Shown here one piece after another: positions 48,673-58,137 of a stretch of DNA of 64,000 nucleotides. Source of the DNA: Candidatus Bathyarchaeota archaeon (lineage in GTDB: Archaea > Thermoproteota > Bathyarchaeia > 40CM-2-53-6 > RBG-13-38-9); NCBI GenBank assembly GCA_963807605.1, contig CAWECG010000004.1:384001-448000 (forward strand). Direction: 5' to 3'. Position 1 is the first letter of the stretch. Each line of letters begins with the position of its first letter. A model generated the notes under the pieces. It worked only from the letters and a program-made list of their open reading frames with translations. It was not told where the DNA came from and did no database searches. The position numbers and the translations under genes are program-made.

Positions 48673-49933
48673 AAGGGGAAGGCTTTCTGAATAGACCCTC
48701 GAAGGTAGCCTTGGAGTTTGTCAACAAGGTTCCTGCTCCAACTAGTGATATCCCGATAATATTTGCAAGCCTCTTGAAGTCTCGATGTCTTCCAGTCGCT
48801 AGCTCAGATACCGTTGTTCCGTAGAGGAGTAGCGGCGAAACGTAGATGACGGCTGAGAAGCCTGAGGCGATAGGCCCAACGATGGTTCTCCAGTAGTCGT
48901 TAAAGAAGAAGGATAGAGGAAAGACGGCGAAGTATGGTACCATGAGTGCCAGACTGAAGATCGAGATCGGGCAAACAAAGTACGTTGCCAAAAGCATCAG
49001 AGCTTCAAACTTCTGAAATATCGACAGCCTGGTTGACTCCAATATTGAGTGATAATGCTTTCGAAAACATTGCGCAAACCCCTTCGCCCATCTATACTGT
49101 TGTTTCCGCATCAATTCAAAGGAGGGAGGAATTTCTCCTGGACAAACAATCTCTGGGAGATAGATGTACCTCCAACCCTTCAACTGCAGCCTTATCGATA
49201 GGTCCAAGTCTTCAGTCAAAGTATCGGAGGTCCAGCCACCAACAGATTGGATGGCCGAGCGCCTAAAGAGTCCACCTGTCCCGCTGAAATGAGCCAGAAG
49301 ATTTGCGGTATACCTTGCCCTCTGGTCTATGATCCCGTAGCCATCAATGGCTAGCGAGACTGCTTTTGTAACCCACGTCTGTCTCAAGTTCAGGTATGTT
49401 GATCGTGTCTGGACGAAGGCCACATCGTCACCCAGGTACATGTAAGGAACGAGCCGTCGGATCAGATCCGGTGGAGGAATGTAATCAGCGTCAAAGATCA
49501 TTACAAAGTCGCTATTTGTGTTCTCGAGTGCTGTCTGCAGTGCTCCTGCCTTGTATCCGACCCTCTCCTCTCTGTGGATGACCTTTACAATACTGGGAAA
49601 CTTCTTCTCGAAGGATCTGACGATGTCTGTTGTTCCATCATCAGAGTCATCTATCACAATTATCTTCAGTCTGTCAGCCGGATAATCCATTTTCAGACAT
49701 GATTCTATGAGGCGGGCAGCGACTCTTCTCTCGTTGAAGAAGGGGACGTGAATCGTCACCCCTGGCAGATCCTTCAATTCTGGTGCTGAAGGTGTCTTAC
49801 CTCGGCCTCTGATAGACAGTGTTGTTAGAAGTGACCAATTGATCGCGTACAGTCCCAGCAGTACGGCTGCCACGGTTGTAAGTATGAGCATCAGTTGCTG
49901 AGCAACGGACAGTTGAGAGAATATTGCTGACAT
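48632..49933 (-). CDS. Processive GT2 glycosyltransferase (cellulose-synthase-like)
   Basis: DDS, GYKAGAL, FDAD, VQTR, TEDLD, QQYRW (QxxRW); TM helices. Confidence 0.9.
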   Translation of the reverse strand: MSAIFSQLSVAQQLMLILTTVAAVLLGLYAINWSLLTTLSIRGRGKTPSAPELKDLPGVTIHVPFFNERRVAARLIESCLKMDYPADRLKIIVIDDSDDGTTDIVRSFEKKFPSIVKVIHREERVGYKAGALQTALENTNSDFVMIFDADYIPPPDLIRRLVPYMYLGDDVAFVQTRSTYLNLRQTWVTKAVSLAIDGYGIIDQRARYTANLLAHFSGTGGLFRRSAIQSVGGWTSDTLTEDLDLSIRLQLKGWRYIYLPEIVCPGEIPPSFELMRKQQYRWAKGFAQCFRKHYHSILESTRLSIFQKFEALMLLATYFVCPISIFSLALMVPYFAVFPLSFFFNDYWRTIVGPIASGFSAVIYVSPLLLYGTTVSELATGRHRDFKRLANIIGISLVGAGTLLTNSKATFEGLFRKPSPFERTTKYGAIDTQ

Positions 49934-50021
49934 CGATCATCGCTGGGATTTCAAATGACTATACCTTGACTTGCATCAAATTCCGTTATCTTAATTGGTC
50001 CGGAGCGTTTATTGATAGGTC

Positions 50022-52112
50022 TTATCTCTCGAAGTTTTTCTTAGGTGTTTCCACGTAACATTTTGGGCATGTGATGAGAGGTCGACCTCTCATGCCTCTG
50101 GACTTGACCATTTGGAAGCCGCACCTCTGACAATACCTATTAAGTAACTGGAGTGTCCCGAATTGTGGTAGGGGTAGTGAGAATCTACAGTTGCCTGTCC
50201 AAGCTCCTGAGCATCCTATGAATCTCTTTTTGGTACTCTTGCTTCTAATGACCCTGAGTTGAAGGCCACAATTGGGACACGGCACTTTGAGCGTAATTCT
50301 CTGTAAATTCATCTCTCTTACAGCATCACTGAGGTCTCGTCCTATCTCCTCTTCGCTACTCTTGATCTGACGCATTATAGGCTTCAACTGTTCGATGGCC
50401 ATAGCAACCACATTTTCATGTTTGGCTTCTCCGAACTCTATTTTACTCATCTGGAGTTCTAAATCTCTGGTGAAGGTTACGTCGACGATCTTGGGGCAGT
50501 GCTTCTCAAGAACCTCGATTACTTTTTCTGCAAGAGGGCTTGCCTTGATGGATTCATCTAAAATATAGCCCCTTCTGTAGAGGATGTCGATTATCTCGGA
50601 TCTGGTTGCTTTGGTGCCTATTCCATTATTCTCCATCTCTATCAGGAGGCTGCTGGGGTTGTAGCGTGTAGGCGGAGCCGTGAAATGTTCTTGGGCCGAA
50701 ATTCTGTTGAATGTAATCTCTTGCCCCACCCGAAGGGGAGGCAATGATACTTCGGTAAATTCGGAGTAAGGTTCATAGTACCGGATCCAGCCGGGGTAGG
50801 TAAGCCTCGAGCCATGAATGTGGAACGTGTATTCATCAGCAACTTTGATTGTGGCTCTTTGTATTAGCCTTGTTCCCGTTGATGCAAAGGCAGCCATAAA
50901 CCTCTTTGTTACCAAGTCCAGGATTCGTCTTTCTCTTGGTTCAAGTTGTCTCTTCGGCTGCTGGCCTGTTGGATAGATCGCAGGGTGAGCGGAGTCGGTT
51001 TTATTCCCTTCTGTGGGCTTGAGGGCGGATTGAGACATTAGCTCAGCTGAGAGTTCCCTATACTCTGGGTTCCTTTTGAGTCCCTCCAGTATTGTCCTGT
51101 AGCCTATTGAGGCTGGGAGTTTCTGGCTTGAAGTCCTGGGGTAAGAGATCAATGCATCCAAGTAAAGGCGCTCTAATATCCTCAAGGTCTGACTTGGGCT
51201 GGCGCGGAAGTGCTGGTAGGCTTCTGACTGAACGGAGGTTAGATCAAAGGGGATTGGCGGTCGAACCTTTACGTTACTTTCCTGAAGTTCCTCAATGTAT
51301 CCGGATTTTCCACTAATCTGTGTGACTATGCCTTCGGCCTCTGCCTTGTCATCAATCTTCTTCCTTGAGTACTGGGTTTCTACTAGAACCCCACTTATGT
51401 CCACCGTCGCATCAATCGTCCAGTACGGTATCGAAACATGGGTTACGATCTCGATCTCTCTGTCGACAATGAATCGAAGCGTAGGCCCTTGAACTCTTCC
51501 CGTGCTGATTGTTGCATACCGGCCGCTATGACTCCGGGCTGACTCCGTAAGCGCCCTGGAGAGATTGACACCATAAAGCCAGTCTATCTCATGCCTGCAC
51601 ATACCGGCCTGAGCAAGCTGGTAATCAAGCTCGGGCGATAGATTGAGATAGGCTTCTCTAAGGTCAACTCTTGTCAATGTGCTGAATCGCATTCTGCTCG
51701 CTTTGCGGTCGGCGCCGTTGCAGGCGTACTTCAGAATCATATATCCGATCAGGGATCCCTCGATGTCGTAGTCGCATGCGTTGATGAAACGGTCAACGCC
51801 GATCCCGAGCTCTTGAATTGCTCTCAGCCACCCCCTCTGGCTTTCGTAGCCCTTCTCAACCCGATACTTGGGTTTCCAAGAGAACTCCCAAACGGGATAG
51901 GCTCTCCGTGAAGAATCATCTTTCGAATCTACAACATAGAGGTGCCCGAGCGCAGGACAGATCGCCGTCTCTTCGCCTTGTCGGACGATTTCGTAATATG
52001 TCAGGCCATATTTCCGGTGTTCAGATACTGGGTCATCTGTCAATGCCTCTGCCAGTCTTCTGGCGGCATCCGGCTTCTCACAGATGATGAGCGTCCTACT
52101 CAGTATTTCCAC
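50022..52112 (-). CDS. topA: Type IA DNA topoisomerase with C-terminal zinc ribbons
   Basis: ICEKP, GHL, DYDIEG, STGRVQGP, ISYPRT (catalytic Tyr), AHPAIYPT, GIGTKATR. Confidence 0.96.
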   Translation of the reverse strand: MEILSRTLIICEKPDAARRLAEALTDDPVSEHRKYGLTYYEIVRQGEETAICPALGHLYVVDSKDDSSRRAYPVWEFSWKPKYRVEKGYESQRGWLRAIQELGIGVDRFINACDYDIEGSLIGYMILKYACNGADRKASRMRFSTLTRVDLREAYLNLSPELDYQLAQAGMCRHEIDWLYGVNLSRALTESARSHSGRYATISTGRVQGPTLRFIVDREIEIVTHVSIPYWTIDATVDISGVLVETQYSRKKIDDKAEAEGIVTQISGKSGYIEELQESNVKVRPPIPFDLTSVQSEAYQHFRASPSQTLRILERLYLDALISYPRTSSQKLPASIGYRTILEGLKRNPEYRELSAELMSQSALKPTEGNKTDSAHPAIYPTGQQPKRQLEPRERRILDLVTKRFMAAFASTGTRLIQRATIKVADEYTFHIHGSRLTYPGWIRYYEPYSEFTEVSLPPLRVGQEITFNRISAQEHFTAPPTRYNPSSLLIEMENNGIGTKATRSEIIDILYRRGYILDESIKASPLAEKVIEVLEKHCPKIVDVTFTRDLELQMSKIEFGEAKHENVVAMAIEQLKPIMRQIKSSEEEIGRDLSDAVREMNLQRITLKVPCPNCGLQLRVIRSKSTKKRFIGCSGAWTGNCRFSLPLPQFGTLQLLNRYCQRCGFQMVKSRGMRGRPLITCPKCYVETPKKNFER

Positions 52113-52344
52113 CTCTGTTGCGAAGCACTAGTCTAGCCAACACAACTACGTAATGACCAGTTACTAAGAGCCCGATCAAGGATTTGAGATAATCCTCATA
52201 ATTGATGCCATCATAGGCCATCTGCCATAGCGGATAGCATCGTTTCAATTTCTCTCCTACTAGCTCGTGGGTCCCACATAAATTGCCAGCTACCGCCGGG
52301 CTCACGGATTCACTACATTTCCGAATCTCATATGCACGGGGCAT
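52096..52344 (-). CDS. Small hypothetical protein overlapping the topA start
   Basis: 82 aa, LCxxH...Y..W..AY....Y..YL......TG pattern; 17-nt overlap with topA. Confidence 0.55.
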   Translation of the reverse strand: MPRAYEIRKCSESVSPAVAGNLCGTHELVGEKLKRCYPLWQMAYDGINYEDYLKSLIGLLVTGHYVVVLARLVLRNRGGNTE

Positions 52345-52396
52345 ATCTTCGCCGCCGCCAGCAGTATCCTCTGACTATTTCGTACCGATCTGTCGA

Positions 52397-52981
52397 TTAC
52401 CGAGTTCGTATGCGCCTTCTCGATCCGCTGGCGAAAACCAACACTACGACTACGATGATTATGTATGCTGCAAGATTCGATAGGACATATTTCCAGATAG
52501 GACTGAGGTCCATCGCCCCTGAAGCGCCACTGTAGAACCATGAGAGGGGGGCCGCGAAAGCTGAAGATGACTGCTTCAACGAGAAGAGATTGTTGATCAT
52601 CCAATTGGAGGCTAAGATGTAGGGCAGATATAATGCTGCAGCCAGAACAGCCAACAGGATAAAGGCTGCCTCAAACATCCTAGCAGGCATGATCGTATAC
52701 GAAATGGCGACTCCGCGTTTGGCCCGTATGAATGACCGTGCCTCAGTCAGATATGTCCAAGAGGAAAGCATTACAGCGAGAAAACCAATGATCGGTATGT
52801 AGACGTAGGGTATGGCCGGAAGGGAATCAAGCGGGTATGATAGGTATTCCAGACCAGTAGCTGCAAGGTAGTCTATGAAGAAGATCTCGACGAGGACTGT
52901 TGCGACAACGAGTATCAAGATTGAGGCTAGCGCTGGTGTTGAGGTCCATCGAAAAATAATTCTTCTCTGCATAGTGCTCAA
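52397..52981 (-). CDS. Four-TM membrane protein
   Basis: Hydrophobic helices and a basic C-terminus. Confidence 0.7.
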   Translation of the reverse strand: MSTMQRRIIFRWTSTPALASILILVVATVLVEIFFIDYLAATGLEYLSYPLDSLPAIPYVYIPIIGFLAVMLSSWTYLTEARSFIRAKRGVAISYTIMPARMFEAAFILLAVLAAALYLPYILASNWMINNLFSLKQSSSAFAAPLSWFYSGASGAMDLSPIWKYVLSNLAAYIIIVVVVLVFASGSRRRIRTR

Positions 52982-53089
52982 CTAAGACGCCTCCAATAGC
53001 CCAGAATCGCCGGTTTCCATTCTATTCTTCGATGAGAGATTAGATGCGACAATTAAGAGTATCTGTGAGTTTCATCCTCAGTCAAATTC

Positions 53090-53290
53090 TAGCGTGTAAT
53101 CTTTAGAGGTAGCTTCAAAGGTGGCCTTGATGGATTTCACTTGACCGCTTCGGGCTCTCTCCTTCTCATGAAGTCTGTATCTATAAATACGCACACAAGA
53201 TTGTCGCCGATTGCTTTCCTTGTCAATTCAGCACACGTAGTGCTGTCAACACCTCCTGAGACAGCGATTATTGCTCTGTCATCCCAAGGA
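53090..53290 (-). pseudogene. GMP synthase ATP-pyrophosphatase subunit fragment
   Basis: [14 protein letters not shown]....AIG..L.CVFIDT.FMR..E, then a stop; PPLKLPLKI continues past the stop before decaying. Confidence 0.8.
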
Positions 53291-53545
53291 TCCAAGGGTG
53301 GAGGGCGGATAATGTTGGACCTATATTCGGTGGATAAAACGGCTACCCACGGGCTTTCTCTCATGCTTCTTGACTGACTCGTCTAAGCCATCTCTTGTAT
53401 TCTGAGTTAGCAAATACTGACGAAGATCTCGACGTAACCGTTGTGTTCAGAGATCATAGGCTTAGACGCTTCTGAGGGAACGACTTGCTGTCAGCTGCAG
53501 TCATAGAGCAAGGTTTTATCATGGTCCGCATCTAATTCTGCAAGG

Positions 53546-55159
53546 TTGGCTGAGATACACGTGGCCAACGATATAATAGGCAAAGGCACCTGGCTTGACA
53601 AGACCGCTTATGAGCTTCTTGATAGAGAGCGGAAGCTGGGAAGAAAGAATGAGGTCATAAGAACCGAGAGCGGCCTCGGGGCATCGGGCATCCCACATGT
53701 GGGAAGCCTCGGAGACTGCGTAAGAGCATTTGGACTCAAGCTTGCGCTCGAAATTCAAGGTCAAAATGCTGAGTATATCGCTTTCTCAGACGACCTAGAT
53801 GGCCTGAGAAAGGTTCCTTCAGGGTTTCCTGAGTCTCTCAAGGAGCATCTCGGACGTCCTGTATCCTTCATTCCTGATCCCTATGGATGCCACCCAAGTT
53901 ATGGGGATCACATGAGCTTCATGTTGAGAGACGCGCTTGATAGATGTGGAGTTGAGTATCGATTCTACTCTGCAACAGAGGCTTACCGCCGAGGCCTATT
54001 CAACGAACAGATAGAGCAGATCCTCACAAACGCGTCAAGAGTCGGCGAAATCATCAAGCAAGAATTGGGCCAAGAAAAATATACTGAGGTCCTACCCTAC
54101 TTCCCGATCTGTTCAAACTGCGGGAGAATCTACACAACCAGGGCATACGAGTTCCTCCCTTCAGCCAAGAGGGTTCTCTACGTCTGTGAGGACGTCAGCC
54201 TGCGGGCCAACACAGTCAAAGGTTGCGGTCACAAAGGCGACGCTGACTATACCAAAGGCGAGGGGAAGTTGAGCTGGAAAGTCGAGTTCGCAGCAAGATG
54301 GGACGCACTGAAGATCGGCTTTGAAGCATATGGAAAGGATATCGCAGATTCGGTCAAAGTCAACGATAGAATCTGTGAAGAGATCCTTGGCTATCCACCA
54401 CCTTATCACGTACGCTATGAGATGTTTCTTGATAGTGGTGGAAAGAAGATCTCAAAATCCTTGGGGAATGTCTTTACACCTCAGCTCTGGCTGAAGTATG
54501 GAACCACTCAATCACTTCTATTGTTGATGTACAAGCGAATCGTAGGAGCTAGAGTTGTCAGACCGGAGGACATCCCGTCATACATGGATGAGCTGGACGC
54601 TCTTGAGGATGTGTACTTTGGAAAGAAAAGAATTAGCGACAATAAGGAGGCTGCCAAGCTGAAAGGTCTTTTTGATTATGCTTGGCTCCTTAAGCCGCCT
54701 GATAGGGCAGACATCCATGTCCCTTATGCACTGCTAGTCAATCTCGCCTCAGTAGCTCCTGAAGGCTCTGAGGAAGAATACGTGTTGGCCAGACTCCAGA
54801 AGTACAGATACCTGAAAGACCAACCAACAGATTTGCTACTCAAGAAGATTAAATGCGCCATAAACTGGTCTAAGGACTTTTTAAAGATCGAGGCTGAACC
54901 AGTCGAACTCAGCCCTGAAGAACGTGTCGCTCTCAGGGAACTTACTGAAGCTATTCCTAAGGAAGAAGATGAGAACAGCCTACAGAACACCATCTTCAGA
55001 ATAGCTGATGGCCATGCCGTGAAACCAGGCAGATTCTTCAAGATTTTATATCTACTTCTTATAGGGTCACCATCGGGCCCTAGACTTGGAACCTATATTT
55101 TCGATCTTGGAAAGGAGAAAGCCGTGGAGACCCTGAATCGGGAACTTAAGGCTTCATGA
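53546..55159 (+). CDS. lysS: Class I lysyl-tRNA synthetase
   Basis: GASGIPHVGS, DDLDGLRKVP, KLSWKVEFAARW, GKD, KISKS, GPRLG. Confidence 0.96.
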   Translation: MAEIHVANDIIGKGTWLDKTAYELLDRERKLGRKNEVIRTESGLGASGIPHVGSLGDCVRAFGLKLALEIQGQNAEYIAFSDDLDGLRKVPSGFPESLKEHLGRPVSFIPDPYGCHPSYGDHMSFMLRDALDRCGVEYRFYSATEAYRRGLFNEQIEQILTNASRVGEIIKQELGQEKYTEVLPYFPICSNCGRIYTTRAYEFLPSAKRVLYVCEDVSLRANTVKGCGHKGDADYTKGEGKLSWKVEFAARWDALKIGFEAYGKDIADSVKVNDRICEEILGYPPPYHVRYEMFLDSGGKKISKSLGNVFTPQLWLKYGTTQSLLLLMYKRIVGARVVRPEDIPSYMDELDALEDVYFGKKRISDNKEAAKLKGLFDYAWLLKPPDRADIHVPYALLVNLASVAPEGSEEEYVLARLQKYRYLKDQPTDLLLKKIKCAINWSKDFLKIEAEPVELSPEERVALRELTEAIPKEEDENSLQNTIFRIADGHAVKPGRFFKILYLLLIGSPSGPRLGTYIFDLGKEKAVETLNRELKAS

Positions 55160-55243
55160 AAAGATATCTTTCGAGTCCTCGATTCGCCTTAGAGCAACGT
55201 AAAAATAGCGAGACAGAGTACAACTTAATGTTGGTGAAAGCCG

Positions 55244-55474
55244 GTGTCCGAAGTAGTTCTTGCCTATGAGATTGCCCTGAGAGCCCTTGACATGCGCGAT
55301 CTCGAATCAACGAGACTCTTCATCGAGATAGGGAGAACTCTGAGGGAAATAGAACCCGCGCGTCGAGGTCTAGGTCTAGGTAAAGGTCTAGGTCTAGGTA
55401 AAGGTCTAGGTCGAAGTCTTTTGACTAAGAAGTCTTTTTCGCAAGAAGCAGTCACCCCGAGGCCACGTCGGTAA
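55244..55474 (+). CDS. Small hypothetical protein with a GLGLGK repeat
   Basis: GGTGA precedes the GTG; helical N-terminus and low-complexity tail. Confidence 0.45.
   Translation: MSEVVLAYEIALRALDMRDLESTRLFIEIGRTLREIEPARRGLGLGKGLGLGKGLGRSLLTKKSFSQEAVTPRPRR
55366..55413 (+). repeat. Hexamer tandem repeat (AGGTCT/AGGTAA) with an 18-bp period
   Basis: aggtct aggtct aggtaa aggtct aggtct aggtaa aggtct aggtcg. Confidence 0.9.
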
Positions 55475-55600
55475 CGGAACAGCCTGATTACACAAAGATT
55501 CTTTCTCTAAGTGATGCGGACGCGCAGCAGTCAAGTTTTTGATATCTTGTCGCGTAGCTGGAAACCTTATACGGAATAAAGGCGAAGAAGGCTGACCAAC

Positions 55601-55696
55601 GGGCCCGTAGTCTAGTCAGGATCAAGACGCTGAAGCAAACGCTGCGTAAGCCTGCGAAGCCGGAGATCCGGGGTTCAAGTCCCCGCGGGCCCGCCA
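55601..55696 (+). tRNA. tRNA-Arg(GCG) with a 17-nt intron (55633-55649) at non-canonical position 29/30; CCA encoded
   Basis: Acceptor GGGCCCG/CGGGCCC, D-stem GTCT/AGAC, T-arm CGGGG-TTCAAGT-CCCCG. Removing AAGCAAACGCTGCGTAA gives CTGGC-CTGCGAA-GCCGG. Confidence 0.92.
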
Positions 55697-55702
55697 CAAT
55701 AT

Positions 55703-55730
55703 TGGCTCAGATACGTTAATATGTAAGCCA
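55703..55730. promoter_or_regulatory. 28-bp imperfect palindrome (11-6-11) overlapping the putative integrase TATA box
   Basis: TGGCTCAGATA-CGTTAA-TATGTAAGCCA; arms are 9/11 complementary. Confidence 0.6.
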
Positions 55731-55743
55731 GATACTCATACTC

Positions 55744-57270
55744 TTGAGCCACTTTACCTTGAAACCAGTCAAGAAATACGCTCATCTGCTCAAGGATGAA
55801 GATGTACGTCGCTGGCTTGAAAATCTGGAACGTGGAAGCCCAATAACGGCCGAGGTTGCCTGGAGAAGAATTGGGCGAGCATGCGAACTACTCAACACAA
55901 CCCCACAACAGATGGTAGAGTCTGCAAAGAAAAACCTGAATCAATTACAAGACTCACTCGCAGACATGGTTGCGGATCTCGAGAACCAGAAGAAGGCCCC
56001 AAGCTACATCCTAGGAATCCTGAAGGCAGCAAAGTCCTGGCTCAAATACAACAACATCACCATGACAAGAACGATAAAGGTCAGCAACGCAAGCGCTACT
56101 CCAACCGTCGATGACGAACAGGTCCCAACCAAGGAGGAGCTAGCCAGGATATTGCATGCCTCTCCACCGAGAATAAAGGTTGCCGAGGTTTTGATGGCAT
56201 TCGCAGACCTCAGACCCGAAACCATAGGAAACCACAACGGAAGCGACGGACTAACCATTGGCGACTTGCCCGAACTCAAGATCGAGAATAACCAGATATC
56301 TTTTACGAAGATGCCTACCATGCTTGTGGTCAGACGACCACTCAGCAAGACTAGAAAGAAATACTTCACCTTCCTCTCAAAGGAAGGATGTGACATCCTC
56401 AAGGAATACCTTGAACAACGCCTACGCGCCGGCGAGAAACTGACTCCCGACACTCCATTAATCGGCTATGAAAAACCCGGCAACGTGAAGAACCGGTTCT
56501 CATCAACCAGAAGAATAGGATACTTGATCAGAAACTATATGCGAGCAGCAGGAGTCCACAAGAGACCCTACGTGCTGCGAGCCTACGCAGAGACACAGCT
56601 GATCATAGTTGAAGGAAAGGGAAAGATCAGCCACCCCTACTTACAGTTCATAGCAGGACACAAAGGCGACATCGAAGCCACCTACAGCACAAACAAGGGA
56701 AGACTCTCCCCAGACATGATAGCAGACATGCGATCGCAATATCAAGCATGCGAACCCTTCCTGAATACAACAGCCACAATCTCGGATCAAAGCGACGTCG
56801 TCAAACAGACAAAGCTTGAAGTCTTGAAATCCCTCGCCAGAAGCATGGGAATAGACGTCAAAGACATCACACTAAACAAAGCAACAATGCTGAAGAGAGA
56901 ACTGACCATAGAAGAAGAACTTGAACTATACGAAGACAACCTCAAAAACCTCACAGAAAGACCAGCACCCATACCTGAAGACGAAGAACACAGATACAAG
57001 AGCAAACTCGTCACAGAAGACAAGCTGGAAAAGTACCTGAATAACGGATGGGAAATGGTCCAGATCATAAACAGCAAAATACTCATACGCAGAAGACTCC
57101 CCACTCCAGAAACAAAAGAAAAACAGGAAACAATAGAATCTTACCTCGAAGCAGAAGAGAAGAAAGCACGAAAGCCTCACACCGAGGCTGAAGAGGAAAC
57201 TGAAGTAAAACTCACAAGAGAAACCAAGAAAGCCTTAGCAGGACTCAGCGAACTAGCGGACAAGAGGTAG
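55744..57270 (+). CDS. Tyrosine recombinase/integrase with a long charged C-terminal tail
   Basis: DLRPET (R), LSKT (K), PYVLRAY, AGH, ATY (Tyr); lies directly downstream of a tRNA. Confidence 0.9.
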   Translation: MSHFTLKPVKKYAHLLKDEDVRRWLENLERGSPITAEVAWRRIGRACELLNTTPQQMVESAKKNLNQLQDSLADMVADLENQKKAPSYILGILKAAKSWLKYNNITMTRTIKVSNASATPTVDDEQVPTKEELARILHASPPRIKVAEVLMAFADLRPETIGNHNGSDGLTIGDLPELKIENNQISFTKMPTMLVVRRPLSKTRKKYFTFLSKEGCDILKEYLEQRLRAGEKLTPDTPLIGYEKPGNVKNRFSSTRRIGYLIRNYMRAAGVHKRPYVLRAYAETQLIIVEGKGKISHPYLQFIAGHKGDIEATYSTNKGRLSPDMIADMRSQYQACEPFLNTTATISDQSDVVKQTKLEVLKSLARSMGIDVKDITLNKATMLKRELTIEEELELYEDNLKNLTERPAPIPEDEEHRYKSKLVTEDKLEKYLNNGWEMVQIINSKILIRRRLPTPETKEKQETIESYLEAEEKKARKPHTEAEEETEVKLTRETKKALAGLSELADKR

Positions 57271-57421
57271 ACTCGTTTAAGAAAACAAGCCAGAAAAGAG
57301 ACCTAAACACAAGCCTGCATCTGTATAAAGCTGAGCATAGTTTCATATAATTCTCAGCCGACACACCCGACACGACACGACGGGGCATCCCACCAGTTTT
57401 TCAAGGGTAGTAGGGTGAAAG

Positions 57422-57589
57422 ATCGGTTTTACACGAAAAAATCGGTTTTACACACGACGGACATCGGTTTTACAACCCCCACATCTCTCATTTTGTATAG
57501 ATGTAAGCCCTAAATCCTATCAAAATGACGGATTTACATGCCCATCTCAAAAGGTGCCATAGATCCCTCCTGTGTGAATCGGTTTTACA
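57422..57589 (+). repeat. Four exact 12-bp direct repeats ATCGGTTTTACA (iteron-like)
   Basis: Copies start at 57422, 57441, 57463 and 57578. Confidence 0.88.
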
Positions 57590-58137
57590 AGCTCCGTCTT
57601 TCTCGGTTTTGCTTGCTAGAGGGTGTCTTTTTTACTGTTTTTAGCTGTTCTGGGATGGTTATTTTAGGGTTTTACTGTGATTGTTGTTTTTGCTTTGTTG
57701 TTTGTGGTTATTGCTCTATTGTTATTCTTACCTGGTTCTTTTCTATTTCCTGTTTTGTGTTCTTACCTTGTTATCTTGCTCTTTACTGTTGTTAGCTTAT
57801 GCTGTGTAGTCTTTAGGGTTCTTTTCCTCTGTGTATGAAGGATTGATTGTTATCCTGCACTCTATCTTACCCTTTATTGCTCTTACGCTCTCCTGCAGCA
57901 CTTTCGCCAAATCTCGATCATTCTTCTTCTCTCCATCTATGCACAGCTCCAAAGCCCTTGATCTACACAGTGATCCATCATCAGACTTGCCCTCTATCCG
58001 CCTCTTTCCCTTTGTCCCTAGCGATCGCTAACACATTGTTCTTTACGGTTTACGGAATGGTCTGTCTATTCTCTCAATCAGATTTACTATGTCCTGCTCT
58101 TTCACTTCTTACATGTCGAACCAATTCAGAAGATAGG

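Noticed and set aside
57422-57589. Direct repeats considered as a CRISPR array
   Set aside because: The repeat is only 12 bp, spacers are 7-10 nt or irregular, and there are no cas genes.
57538-57795. Cys/Phe-rich ORF on the plus strand
   Set aside because: An artefact of the extreme T-richness of this segment.
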